Source: Eledone cirrhosa (taxonomy: Eukaryota). From it: a stretch of DNA of 64,000 nucleotides. Below the pieces are notes generated by a model. The model was not told the origin of the DNA and did not search any database. It saw nothing but the letters and a program-made list of their open reading frames with translations. Numbering within the stretch: the stretch's first letter is position 1; the number at the start of each line of letters is the position of its first letter. The translations under genes were made by a program, and so were the position numbers. This document shows positions 27,201-40,299 of this stretch, piece after piece. The DNA is taken from NCBI GenBank assembly GCA_964016885.1, contig OZ024742.1, positions 2,480,001 through 2,544,000 of the forward strand. Direction: 5' to 3'.

Positions 27201-28325
27201 CCTTGAGAGATATTCCCTGTGTGATAATCAAAAACTCACACCCAGGGATGTCTCTCAGCAGTATCGCAGTGAATCCATGGATGAAAAACTGCATGCCTAT
27301 CAGCAAAACATCATGCATGGATATGTTGCCAGGAAGCTCCAGAGTGAGAGTAATATAGATAAGGAAAGTAGTCTATCTTGGACCAACTACCGCTATATTG
27401 GCTCCCACTTTGAAGGATACGCTTTTGCAATCCAAGAACAGGAGATTAGCAAAAGAGATAGGGTTGCAGGCAAAACACCTAGATGTGATAACAAGTGCAG
27501 ACTCTGCAGAACTAACATCGAGGATATCACCCATGTCATCAGCAGCTGCCCAAAGATGTCATCGCGGTACTATCTACCTATGAGGCATGATGTAGTGGCC
27601 AAAACAATGCACAATGCAGTTCGTAAAAAAGATAGCCCCGATAATAAACACATTAAAAGCTACAACAATGTGGAAGACATCCATGTACATAATATGAAAG
27701 AGTACTGGTGGAATGTTACAGTAAAAACCCCAATAAAATGCAGGCATAACAGACCAGATATTATGATATGGGATAGGGAGAAGAAAGCATGAACAGTAGT
27801 GGAAGTTAGTTGCCCAGCAGATGCCAATATAATATCAAAGATTAGTGAAAAGGAGAATATTTATGCAGAACTGATGAGAAATCTGCAGATACTCCACCCT
27901 GATTACACCTTCAGATTGATGCCTGTGATTATTGGGGCACTGAGGTTTGTTAGTAACTGCCTCAATACAAATCTTGAGAAGCTAGGTTTCACAGGAACAG
28001 AAAGAACACAACTAGTTAGGAAATTACAAGTACAATCCATTAATGGAACAGTAAAAATATGTAAAACATTCCAAACATTTTGCATGTAATAACTGCATAT
28101 ACACATGTACAGATACAAAGCATATACACATGCATACATACAACTCAAAACATCCACATCCACACATACAATAACATCCATATCTACACATGCATGCATG
28201 CAGACATACATACATATCTACCTAGTTGATGTTGTGTAAATTCCAATGAGAGAGTCTTGTGTCTATGTCAGAAACCGACCCTCTCTCTATTGGTAAAACT
28301 TTGTGAAATTATAAAACCAGAAGAA
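24248..28325 (+). mobile_element. Near full-length, decayed R4/Dong non-LTR retrotransposon (family A)
   Basis: N-terminal GYMNRMKLHWDEMHPE; RT motifs YRPIAC, WLDYKKAFDSVPH, GIFQGDSLS, FVDDLKLY; CCHC CRLC..HVISSC; RLE RHD..PDIMIWD..EVSCP. 25426-28089 is one frame broken by three stops. (CATA)n on both sides. Confidence 0.93.
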
Positions 28326-28384
28326 CATACATACATACATACATACATACATACATACATACATACATACATACATACATACAG

Positions 28385-29290
28385 ACAGAGAAATCAGAAG
28401 ATCATATTCAATGTTCAAACAAGATTAAAAAAATTGACCAATTTACAGAAAAAGTTGTGCATTGAGACGTAAAACACAGATCAGAGAGGGGATAAACCAC
28501 TCAAAAAGCCTGGCATAGAGTTCCGACAAGTTTATGACATCACACCTTGAGGGATATCTCTATGCAATACAGGAACAAGAACTCCCTACCAAATATCTGC
28601 TGCACAAAAGAGGAGGGCCATCAGCTGACAATAAATGTAGGCTATGTAAAACAAAGATCGAGAATGTAAGCCACATTGTTGCCAGCTGCGAAAGAATGTC
28701 ATCTCGCTACTACCTCCCCATGAGACACGATGGGATAGCTAGAACCATCTGGAACGCACTTCGGAAAACAAAATTAACAACAAACGAGGAAGAATATATT
28801 GAGACAGATGGCACTAAGGAATACTGGTGGAACCTGAAAATAAAAACTGCCACCAAATTAAAGCACAACCGGCCTGATATTGTTGTTTGGGACCACACAT
28901 TGAAAACGTGTTCTGTTGTGGAGATCAGCTGCCCACTTGTGGTAAACGTTGTCAGAAAAATACAGGACAAGGAGGACATCTATGGACCATTGATGACGAG
29001 TTTACAAATCCAGTATCTAAGATACACCTTTAGCTTCATACCCATCATTATTGGAGCTACGGGTTATATAACAATCCGCTTCGACCAAAGTATGACTGAA
29101 CTTGGATTTGCGGACAAAAAGCGCAGCTCCCTAATTCATAGTCTACAAATGGCTGCGATAGCTAGCACCTTCAAAATTTGCAAAACATTCTTGCGATTCA
29201 AGGGATGACAATTTCTTTTCTTTTACAACCTTACCACCAAGAAGGTGGCCGGTCAAAAAAAATATACTCGAAATTAAGAGAAAGAGATAA
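28385..29290 (+). mobile_element. 5'-truncated R4/Dong LINE, family B (CCHC plus RLE)
   Basis: ORF 28534-29208: AIQEQELPTKY, CRLC..HIVASC, RHD, RPDIVVWD, EISCP; ends AGAAAGAGATAA then CATA-rich repeat. Confidence 0.9.
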
Positions 29291-29381
29291 CATACATATA
29301 TACATATACATACATATATATACACATACATACATACACACATACATATACATACATACATACATATACATAGATGTATAC

Positions 29382-29422
<41 letters not shown>

Positions 29423-29493
29423 CACACATATACATACATACATACACATACATACACATACATACATATACACATAGACATATACATACACAC

Positions 29494-29546
<53 letters not shown>

Positions 29547-29610
29547 CACATACATATACATACATACATACATACATACATACATACATACATACATACA
29601 TACATACATC

Positions 29611-30053
29611 GTGGCTGCCAACTCGTTTTCGAGTACGGCCACTACTTTATATCCATCTAGGAGAACACCTACCGATGCGCTGAACAAGTGTGACTTTTTA
29701 GTCCAGCCAGCGACTTGAAAACTCTGGTACAAACACTACACTTGTGACAATTATTGACACATAGTGCTGGGCCCATGGTACCATGTGACGACAAGTGCAG
29801 AGAGATCTCCAGATATAAAGCAATGCCTGTGCCGTGAAGCTTTTATAGTGAGCAAAGGCACTGCACAAAGCCAGTCCCACTATCTTAACCAAGATGATAT
29901 TTACCAAAAAGAAGAACAAGTCAACACCATTGGATACCATCAGGGTTGCAGGTGTTATATCAGAGTTTTCCTTCTCCTAGAATTCTGCCTTGACAAAGGC
30001 GAAGGGGTCATCTCTCCCGGTGATTTTGGATGGACATTGACTCTTAAGAGCTC
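29611..30053 (-). mobile_element. Second, 5'-truncated copy of the RTE-derived bipartite element
   Basis: Near-identical to 23473-23913. Confidence 0.75.
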
Positions 30054-30079
30054 CTTTACATACATACATATATACATGC

Positions 30080-31510
30080 ATAGATCACCTACTAACTAAC
30101 AAAATGATTCAGGAAAAACAACAAAGAATCGCAGAAACATGACTGTGGTGTAGCTGGACTATCAAAAAGCATTTGATAGTGTACCTCATGAGTGGATTAT
30201 TTAGGCTTTACAGTTAGCTAAAGTCCCACAACCATTGGTAGCTGCTGTTGAACGCCTGACCAAGAAATGGTACACCAATTTGATCCTTAGAGGTGAGAAG
30301 GATCAAGTTAAGACTGATAAGATACATTACCAGAAGGGCATCTATCAGGGTGATAGCTTGTCAGTGCTACTCTTCGTTCTCTCACTGAATCCACTATCTT
30401 ACCTACTCAGGAAACAAGGTAGACAAAGAAGTGGGCCCAGAAGTATCTCCCATCTTTTCTTTGTTGACGACCTGAAGTTGTATGGGTCAAATATCAATGA
30501 CATCAAGAAACAATTGGACCTCATTACACAATTTTCAACCGACATCAAAATGAAATTTGGTGAGTCCAAGTGTGCATATTTGGCAGTAAAACGTGGAAGA
30601 GCTGTGCACTCCGCTAGAAATCTAGAGATGAACGGCCTGACAATACAACCTCTACAGTCAGGTGACAACTACAGATATCTTGGACAGGATGAGAATGTCA
30701 GATATGATGGACCCATAAATAAGGAGAGAACCAGAACTGAATACCCCAGAAGAGTAAAGAAAATATGGTCATCAGAACTGTCAGCGTACAACAAATACAT
30801 TGCCCACAATACTTATGCTGTGCCAATTCTAACGCCAACATTTGGCCTGCTGAACTGGTCAATGCAAGAACTAAGTGAGATGGATGTTAGAACTCGAAAA
30901 CTTCTCAGTGTTACTGGGAACTTTAACATCAATGGTGATGTGGATAGGCTATACTTCTCACGCAAGGAAGGTGGCCGGGGTCTAAAATCAATATTAACAA
31001 CATATGAGACCGGATAGTAACACTGAAGCAACACCTTCAACAGCGGAAAAAGGTTGGCAACCATCTTGCCCAGGTTTATGAGCATGAAAAAAAAAATATC
31101 ATTAGAATAGCGACTGATCTGGAGGAGAGATATGGAATAAAGCCTGATATAAATCTCTCACCCAGAGAAATTGGAAGATCCTATTCAATGTTAAAACAAG
31201 ATAAAAAAATTGACCAATTTACAGAAAAAGTTGTGCATGGATACTTGAGACGTAAAACACAGACCATAGAGGGGATAAACCACTCAAAAAGCCTGGCATG
31301 GAGTTACGACAAGTTTATGACATCACACCTTGAGGGATATCTCTATGCAATACAGGAACAAGAACTCTCTACCAAATATCTGCTGCACAAAAGAGGAGGG
31401 CCAGCAGCTGACAATAAATGTAGGCTATGTAAAACAAAGATCGAGGATGTAAGCCACATTGTTGCCAGCTGCGAAAGAATGTCATCTCGAAATTAAGAGA
31501 AAGAGATAAT
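30080..31510 (+). mobile_element. R4/Dong family B copy, RT region with the endonuclease internally deleted
   Basis: LDYQKAFDSVPH, GIYQGDSLS, FVDDLKLY, CRLC..HIVASC, then jumps to the family B 3' terminus AAATTAAGAGAAAGAGATAA. Confidence 0.9.
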
Positions 31511-31697
31511 ACATACATACATACATATACATACATACAATGTATCCAACACAATTCATTTTCAACTGACGAGATCAGTGTTAGTCGATCATGGCTACAC
31601 AATCGATCTATCTCTTATTGAAACGTGTCGTGATTAAAATGATTGGAAATTTATACCATGCCTTTGGATCTTTATTTATATATATATATATATATAC

Positions 31698-31995
31698 AAA
31701 ATAATTAAGTCAAATATTTAAAATTTGGCTTCGTTTATTAAAGATGTACTGCTATATATATTTTGGTGACAGCCATCATATGATTCCAGTTCCTCAGAGA
31801 AATAACAACCTAACCAGGAGCTGGACATATCGGAGTCTTGACGGAGTAAAACACTTCAACATGTGTACCTGTCTCTACCACACCAATTCGGACTGCCTGA
31901 AGAGGTCACAGCCAATGATGGCTGTCACCGAAATATATATAGCAGTACATCTTTAATAAACGAAGTCAAAATTTAAATATTTGACTTAATTATTT
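31698..31995 (+). mobile_element. Short HHR-bearing element (family F) with a 5' inverted copy of its 3' end; second copy at 40587-40809 has core mutated to CTTAAGA
   Basis: 31698-31779 is the reverse complement of ~31915-31995; the body is shared with 40587-40809. Confidence 0.75.
31892..31946 (+). ncRNA. Canonical minimal type I hammerhead ribozyme
   Basis: Stem I ACTGC/GCAGT; core CTGAAGA; stem II GGT.ACAGCC/GGCTGT.ACC; GAAA; palindromic TATATA; cleavage site TA. Confidence 0.85.
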
Positions 31996-32091
31996 TACAT
32001 TACTCCGGAGTAAGTAAACCAACCTGCGTACTTCGTCGAGTGCTCCAATTTGCATACTGAGGTGTCGGTAAACAACCAATATATAATCAAA

Positions 32092-32150
<59 letters not shown>

Positions 32151-32175
32151 CATGCATATATATATATATATATAC

Positions 32176-32215
<40 letters not shown>

Positions 32216-32216
<1 letters not shown>

Positions 32217-35200
32217 GAAAAGATGAATATAAAATGAAAGTGCTTTTATAAAGGAATTTATTAGGTATTGACATATGTTTCTGTAACAGACGGAATACCT
32301 ATGTATCGCTGCTTGCGTAATCATATAATGTTAGCAAGTATTCGATAGCAAATGTATAATCAGTTGTCACTTCTTCACAGATATTGGATACATTGGAAAA
32401 AATCAGAAAAATTGAAGTATTTATATTAGTTGTAAGAAAGGAAGAGGAGAGGGGATAGTATATGACAGATGGCAATTCAATTTACTGATAAACAAGTATC
32501 TAAAAGGTTTCTAATGAGAATACAATGAGTTTATGGTTTATTTTATCTAAATAAGAATTTTTGGGAGTGCCTATTTTAATCTATACTTGACCAATTGAAC
32601 AATGGACAGGGCTGGTCGTTTGGTGTAGTAGTATTAATAGATATAAAGTGTCAATTAAGGAAGAGGGAGGTTTTCACTGCTACTGAATAATAACAATGCT
32701 GGTAGCCTGCTGGTATATGCATTAGAGAATTGAATTAAGAAATCTCATTTTATCTATAGCAGTTTATATTAAATGGTAAAGAATAGAAGAGTTGATAGAA
32801 TTAAGACTAATAGAGAATGTTAATATGTATTTTGACAATCAAACGGAGATGGAGACAGGCGTTCAATCCTGGTAGTGTTTGTAATATGAAAATGTAGATT
32901 TCAAGCGATGGTTACAGTATAACGATCGCTCTAATCTGTTATTTAATAAAATATTTTTTGATTTCATAATACAAAATAATTTCATATTACACAATTTACA
33001 AAATTCCTGTCCATGGGTATATGCAGGGGCAGTTGCTATTATATCCCATTTTAGGTTAAATTGTTGGTTATTTTCCCGCAGCTGCCAAGCCTTGTCTGCG
33101 AATGTTGTTACATAACGCTGGTTTTCATGTTTTATTGAGTAACGATGTCTATAAAGGGGAGATTTGAAGGAGGTAGCTGTAGACCCCACATAGTACCACT
33201 TCTGGCTATCCGATTCGATAGTACATTTGTATATGATGTTGCGTTCAAGACACTGATTGTTCAACGGACACATTCATGGTTGGACACAGTTACAGTTATA
33301 ATTTTGCCTTGTTGTATTGGCATGGGTTGATGAGGTTGCTTAGGTAGGACGGGATGTTGTTTGTTGTTTTGTGATGTTGTAGCCGATGTTTTACGTGTAT
33401 TGTTATGTGTTGGAAGGCGTTTATACAACCGTTTTGCGTTAAGCTTTTTTATATGTTGTTCAATATTAGGGGCGGTTGAATATGAAAGTCGAATAGTGTT
33501 AGGGTTTAAGATTGTATTATATTTATGTGATGTTGGAAAGTGTTTTTTTAACTAATCGAAAGAATTGTGAGGTTAGATTGGTTTTAATAGAGTTGTTATA
33601 GACCGGGTTGTACCATATATACTCTTTACATCGCCTTCTGTTTGGTGGTGTGCGACTATTAGTGTGTCTATTGCGGTAGTGTATGTATGGTGGTGATTCT
33701 ATGCTATTTCTACCTCTGAGATTTATTTTGGGTGTTTTGGTGATCGTCGACTATATACTCTATATTATCTAGGTGTCCAGCCTTCCTAAGTGCATCATCA
33801 TAATATTCGGCATGTTCTTTGAAGGTTTGCTGGTTGGACGACAGGCGGGAGATTCTAAGGGAAATATTTCTAGGGATGGATTTAATTATAGAGGGTGGAT
33901 GGTTAGAACCCGTATTTACATATTTAAGGTTCTCATTTAGTTTATGGAACGGTTTAATCGTTTCTGTATTGAGATTAAAAGTAACATCAAGGAAATTAAC
34001 CTCTTTGAGGTTATATTCAAATGTAATATTTAATCCTAGTTCCTTAAAAAGCTTTCTGATATTTTTACGCATCCTTTCTAAATTCTGGTTATTCATATGC
34101 TTAACTAATAGGAGCGCATCGTCACGGTAGATTCCACCGTGGAGATCCTTGAATTTTCCTTGTAGTCTGTGGGTGATATAAATTCCCACAAGATCAGTTA
34201 CTTCCGCCGAATCATTGGAACCCATAGTAATATCAAAATTAGAAGGTCTATCTTTGCGAACCCAGTAGCTATCATCAAATTTAACAATAGTTTTCCTCGC
34301 TTCCATAATAATATTAATTTCAGCATCCGTAAGGTCGGAATTAGCCTCATCAACCCATCCATGCCAATACAACAACGCAAAATTATAACTGTAACTGTGT
34401 CCAACCAGGAATGTGTCCGTTGAACAATCAGTGTCTTGAACGCAACATCATATACAAATGTACTATCGAATCGGATAGCTAGAAGTGGTACTATGTGGGG
34501 TCTTCAGCTACCTCCTTCAAATCTCGCCTTTATAGACATCGTTACTCAATAAAACATAAAACAACATTCGCAGACAAGGCTTGGCAGCTGCGGGAAAATA
34601 ACCAACAATTTAACCTAAAATAGGATATAATAGCAACTGCCCCTGCATATACCCATGGACAGGAATTTTGTAAATTGTGTAATATGAAATTATTTTGTAT
34701 TATGAAATCAAAAAATATTTTATTAAATAACAGAATAGAGCGATCGTTATACTGTAACCATCGCTTGAAATCTACATTTTCATATTACAAACACTACCAG
34801 GATTGAACGCCTGTCTCCATCTCCGTTTGATTGTCAAAATACATATTAACATTCTCTATTAGTCTTAATTCTATCAACTCTTCTATTCTTTACCATTTAA
34901 TATAAACTGCTATAGATAAAATGAGATTTCTTAATTCAATTCCCTAATGCATATACCAGCAGGCTACCAGCATTGTTGTTATTCAGCAGCAGTGAAAACC
35001 CCCTCTTCCTTAATTGACACTTTATATCTATTAATACTACTACACCAAACGACCAGCCCTGTCCATTGTTCAATTGGTCAAGTATAGATTAAAATAGGCA
35101 CTCCAAAAAATTCTTATTTAGATAAAATAAACCATATACTCATTGTATTCTCATTAGAAACCTTTTAGATACTTGTTTACCAGTAAATTGAATTGCCATC

Positions 35201-35540
35201 TCTCATATACTATCTCCTCTCCTCTTCCTTTCTTACAACTAATATAAATACTTCAATTTTTCTGATTTTTTTCCAATGTATCCAATATCTCTGAAGAAGT
35301 GACAACTGATTATACATTTGCTATCGAATACTTGCTAACATTATATGATTACGCAAGCAGCGATACATAGGTATTCCGTCTGTTACAGAAACATATGTCA
35401 ATACCTAATAAATTCCTTTATAAAAGCACTTTCATTTTATATTCATCTTTTCTACATTTTCTCCGGAATATAATTTATACTCGTTGAGCAAATCTACACG
35501 TACGCTGTTCATCTCTAACGTGACGATATATTATCACTAC
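32216..35540 (-). mobile_element. Decayed Penelope-like element with ~1.1-kb inverted arms
   Basis: RT FDITMGSNDSAEVTDLVG..YRDDAL..NFLDVTF (33710-34375); GIY-YIG CPLNNQC..IIYKC..YYVGST (32863-33273); 32216-33335 is inverted at 34345-35453. Confidence 0.92.
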
Positions 35541-35556
35541 ATTATTGATAACCTGA

Positions 35557-35620
<64 letters not shown>

Positions 35621-35623
<3 letters not shown>

Positions 35624-38600
35624 AAAGTTAAACAAGGTTCAATGAATAAATCAAAGAATGAGTTTTACAATAGATTGGAAGCACTCAACCGATTTGGTTT
35701 TCCAGATTTATTAATATTAATTATGTCCAGATGGACATAACAAGCTATTACTCTTCCATTACGCCTAACCTACTAAATAAGGCTTTAACCTCCGCTTACA
35801 AACATACAGATCTAACTACGGATGAAATCGATATCATATTAACTGCTAGAAGAATTATAATTAATTTTAACAATGAGTATTGGACCCCCTCAGATAGAAA
35901 TATAAACTTCGACATTACCATGGGATCATCGGACTCAGCGCAAGTCACGGATCTTCTGGGGATTTTCATCTTAAATATGGTAAATATAAAACTGCCGGAG
36001 ATTACCGGTGGTTTATATAGGGACGATATTTTATTTACGGTTATTAAACAAAGCAATACAGAACTAAATAGGGTACAGAAAAATATAATTGAATTCTTTA
36101 AAAATTACGACCTTAAATTAGAAGTTGAAAGTGGTACCAAAATAGTTAATTTCCTTGATGTACCCTTAACTTAAACTCTGGTTTTTATTACCCTTTCCAT
36201 AAGCCCAATGAAAACTTAAATTACGTTAGTTATTACTCTAATCACCCTAAATCTGTGAAAAATGCAATTGTCAATAGTGTACAGAAAGGCATAACTAGAA
36301 TATCTGCTAATAAATCAATATTTGATGAAAAAGCAGGATATTACAATGATGCGCTAAGAAAGGCAGGTTATAAAAATAATATAGAATATATAGACAATAA
36401 TAATTCGAATCTTAATCCTGATAAAAATAATAATAATATGACTGGCATGTATAAACGAAATTCTAAAAATTATAATTCAAACACCTGTACTGTGAATAAA
36501 TCGGGGAAAAGAACCAGAACTAAATCAGTTATATGGTTTTCCCCGCCTGCTTCTGTAGCAGTAAAAACACCACTAGCTAATCTATTCTTTAAGGCTTTAG
36601 ATAATTCCTTCCCTAGTCAACATAAATACTGTTCCATATTTAATAGACACACAATTTAGCTTTCTTATTCTACAACTATGAATATAGCCCAAAACATCGC
36701 TAAACTAAATAGTAGAATTCTAAACCAAAATCAGCATAATGGTGTTAATAATAGTGTTAATATAAATAATAATAAATCGAAATGTAATTGTAGAAATAAA
36801 CCAGATTACCCTCTGCAAAATAATTGTCTGGATAGAAATTTGTGCATAAATGCACCGTAAAAACAAATAACATCACATACAACTACATAGGGGCAACTTC
36901 TTCGACATTTAAATCGAGATTTGCGAATCACAAATGCTCGTTTTCGAATCCTAATAGGAAGTTTTCGACTTCTTTATCACAACTTATATGGTCATTAAAA
37001 GACAAAAATTTAAAATACTCGATTTTTTGGACGAAGCTTTGTAATAGTAGAATCTACTCGAACTCGTCTATATCAACTAACTGCAACCTCTGTATAAAGG
37101 AGACCCTATTAATAATTACTAATTATGAAAACTTAATTAACAAAAAAGTGAATTATTCTCAAACTGCCTTCATAAAGCTTTGTCTACATTCCAAGCCTCG
37201 CAAAAAGTCAGGAAAAAACACTAAACAAACAGGTTTTAATTGTTGAAGTCTCTTATCAACTGTTGGACCTAAAACGTTATAACAGTTTATAAAACTTTAA
37301 TAATACATTATTTTCTAATCATTTATGATAGAATTAATGTTAGAATGAAGGATCCTGTTTAGGTATATAAACATATTATTTGTTAACTTATTCTCTTGAT
37401 AAATATGCACACCTTTTGATTATTTTAGATATTTATAATTTAGATTCGGATCTTTATATATTTGTCTTTGTTTTAAATATATAATTTGGATATATAACTT
37501 GTAAGATTAACGGTTATAATTGAACCGTAAATCATTCATGCATTTATATATTTACTCATTTTGGGTATGCTTTGGGACTCAGAAAGTTAGATTTGCACTT
37601 ATATATTTTTTATATATATTTATGTATAAATATCACACACCATACTAGTCGACAAATATTGGTCTCTCTTTCCACTGAACTGGAGGTAAAACTACAATTA
37701 TAACATCACTAATAATGATTGTAATTATTTATTTATTATATGTATATCGTTTCACTAATACCTATAATACTCTCTATATATATTTGAACAAATATGTTTA
37801 TCTAGTATAATAACATGCTCGTAGTTACATTTATAAGTAATTTAGATACTCAAATGACTCTCTATTATTATAAGTGTTAGATATTTCCTTGATGTTCGAA
37901 ATTATATAATGATTATTACTTAATTTAATTTAATTTATTTTATTTTAATTAAATTTAGATCAACTTCGGGTCTTTCAAATCTTTAGCTCCTCTTTCTATC
38001 ACTTTCGTTGGACATTTTAGAAGTATCTTTTGTCTACTATATAATAAAACCCTCTTGCATTTTAAACTATATTTTTTAATATTGGGCATTTTTATGTTTC
38101 GCAAACAATTCATTATTTTTTCACTTTTTATTTTTATTTTGTATCTAGTCGTTATCCTTAGGACTCATGAAGTTTTGACTTATATATTTATAGTATATAT
38201 CTATTAAATGATCCTTTTACAATAATTGATCTAAAACATTAATTTTTAACAATATTTTCAGTAACTTATTTACTGTATTGTATTATGTTATGTATATTTG
38301 AAAGGTATCATCTTAAGTCTTTAGACAATATAATCTTTGTGAATTTCTTTTGATAAACACATATATGTAATTTAAAATTCAGACCTTTTTAAGTTTAATT
38401 ATAAGGCCTGTTGATCCTTTAGGCACTCAAATTGTTAATCATAAATTCTTTAAAAATTATAACTGTAATTATTTTCTAAATTATATTATATAAACTGTTG
38501 TCAATATTATAAATAATTTTGGTAACGTTTACCTTCGTGAAGTTGTAAAAACATTGTTTTCTTTCTCGTGTTTGTAAATCCTTTAAATTTGATTTCATAA

Positions 38601-39205
38601 AATTTGATTTTAGAAATTAAATTTGATAGTATACTTTAATATTAATACAGATAACTATTAACTTTTAAAACCTAAAATATTATTCATTACTCTGAACTAA
38701 CTTAAATTAAATATTTTGAATATTAACGGTCAACCAAATAAGTTTAGATATATATTGTATATATGGATAATTGTCTAAAGACTTGAACATAAGTTATTCC
38801 TCTTTATCTCTCTCTGTAACCAACTCTCTTTTGTTTTTCTAGGTCCCTACTAACTATATTATCCCCTCATCTGTTTCTTCCTCTATGTTTTCCTTTCTTT
38901 CCTCTTTCTTCAGTAATTTAAATTATTTAACAGTTAAATTGATGCCAAGTATTTTTTAAGCTGTCTCACACGCACCCTCTCTATTGTGTGTATTATATAT
39001 TTTTCTCATGTTCTCAATATATAAATATTGAGTTTTGTCACTACCATGACTGAATCTTAACCATCTACTATGACAGATTATGTCATGCATCATCTTATTT
39101 TATCTGATGAGGACGTACTGTTGAGGTTAACTCAGTACCTCTGAAATATGTATAATAAAATATACCTGATCACAAGAATATCTATTTTGTTAATATTTTG
39201 AATTA
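35621..39205 (+). mobile_element. 5'-truncated, frameshifted Penelope-like element with a long AT-rich 3' UTR and terminal HHR
   Basis: FDITMGSSDSAQVTDLLG, YRDDIL, NFLDV, IWFSPP, CNCRNK..C, YNYIGAT; HHR at 39096-39162; flanked by (TA)n. Confidence 0.92.
39096..39162 (+). ncRNA. Hammerhead ribozyme in a PLE 3' pLTR
   Basis: Stem I TATTTTAT/ATAAAATA; CTGATGA; long stem II (GTACTG..CAGTAC); GAAA-TATGTA-TA. Confidence 0.8.
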
Positions 39206-39597
39206 ATATATATATATATATATATATTTGACTGGATGATATAAAACTCTTCTGATGAGGGTCCAATTAGATCCAAAAATCGATTATATGTATATATATA
39301 TATATAAATGGAATAGAATGAAACGAAATTTCATTTCTCACTCTTAGTACGGCACTTACTTAAATGTAAGTATGTATGTATGTATGTATGTATACGTACA
39401 TACATATATGTATACAGACGTACAGTAGTATGTATATATAGACATACATGCACACACATATATATATGCACGTATCGGTTTACCGAACATTTATTATAAT
39501 GCTTGGTTTGTTTGTTTGTAAACAAACAAACACCCCGAATTACGCCGTACAGTGTTTAGGCAACCACGTCACTTTTTCGTTCAACACTGACACAGGA

Positions 39598-39640
39598 ACG
39601 ATGTACTAGTTTCAAGCTTATTAGCTATCGTCAGCATCGT
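39598..39640 (-). ncRNA. Minimal type I hammerhead ribozyme, unit 1
   Basis: Minus strand ACGATG-CTGACGA-T-AGC-TAATAA-GCT-T-GAAA-CTAG-TA-CATCGT. Confidence 0.85.
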
Positions 39641-40052
39641 ATACCTTCCTGCCAGATGGTTGAACGTCTGAAAGTATATACTTTCCTTATGCATATAAAC
39701 GGCTGAGCCGCCTAATTTGCATATCGAGTGAGTTCAGTCGGCTGGGTACACCGAAAACGATAAATGGAATAGAATGAAACGAAATTTCATTTCTCACTCT
39801 TAGTACTGCACTTACTTAAATGTAAATATGTATGTATGTATACGTACATACATATATATATATATATACAGACGTACAGTAGTATGTGTATATATATATA
39901 CATACATGCACACATATATATATGCACGTATCGGTTTACCGAACATTTATTATAATGCTTGGTTTGTTTGTTTGTAAACAAACAAATACCCCGAATTACG
40001 CCGTACAGTGTTTAGGCAACCACGTCACCTTTTTGTTCAACACTGACACAGG

Positions 40053-40097
40053 AACGATGTACTAGTTTCAAGGTTATTAGCCATCGTCAGCATCGTT
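40053..40097 (-). ncRNA. Minimal type I hammerhead ribozyme, unit 2 (weaker stem II)
   Basis: Minus strand AACGATG-CTGACGA-TGGCTAATAACCTT-GAAA-CTAG-TA-CATCGTT. Confidence 0.75.
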
Positions 40098-40299
40098 TAC
40101 CTTCCTGCCAGATGGTTGAACGTCTGAAAGTATACACTTTCCTTATGCATATTAACGGCTGAGCAGCCTAATTTGCATATCGAGTGAGTTCAGTCGGCCG
40201 GGCACACCGAAAACGATAAATGGAATAGAATGAAACGAAATTTCATTTCTCACTCTTAGTACGGCACTTACTTAAATGTAGTATGTATGTATGTATACG

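Noticed and set aside
25939-27792. In-frame TAG/TGA codons in the R4 ORF as readthrough or selenocysteine
   Set aside because: The sister copy has TGC at the position of TGA 27790, and upstream frameshifts show ordinary decay
35288-35340. CTGAAGA in the UTR of the 32-35 kb PLE
   Set aside because: Followed by GAATAC rather than GAAA, with unconvincing stems
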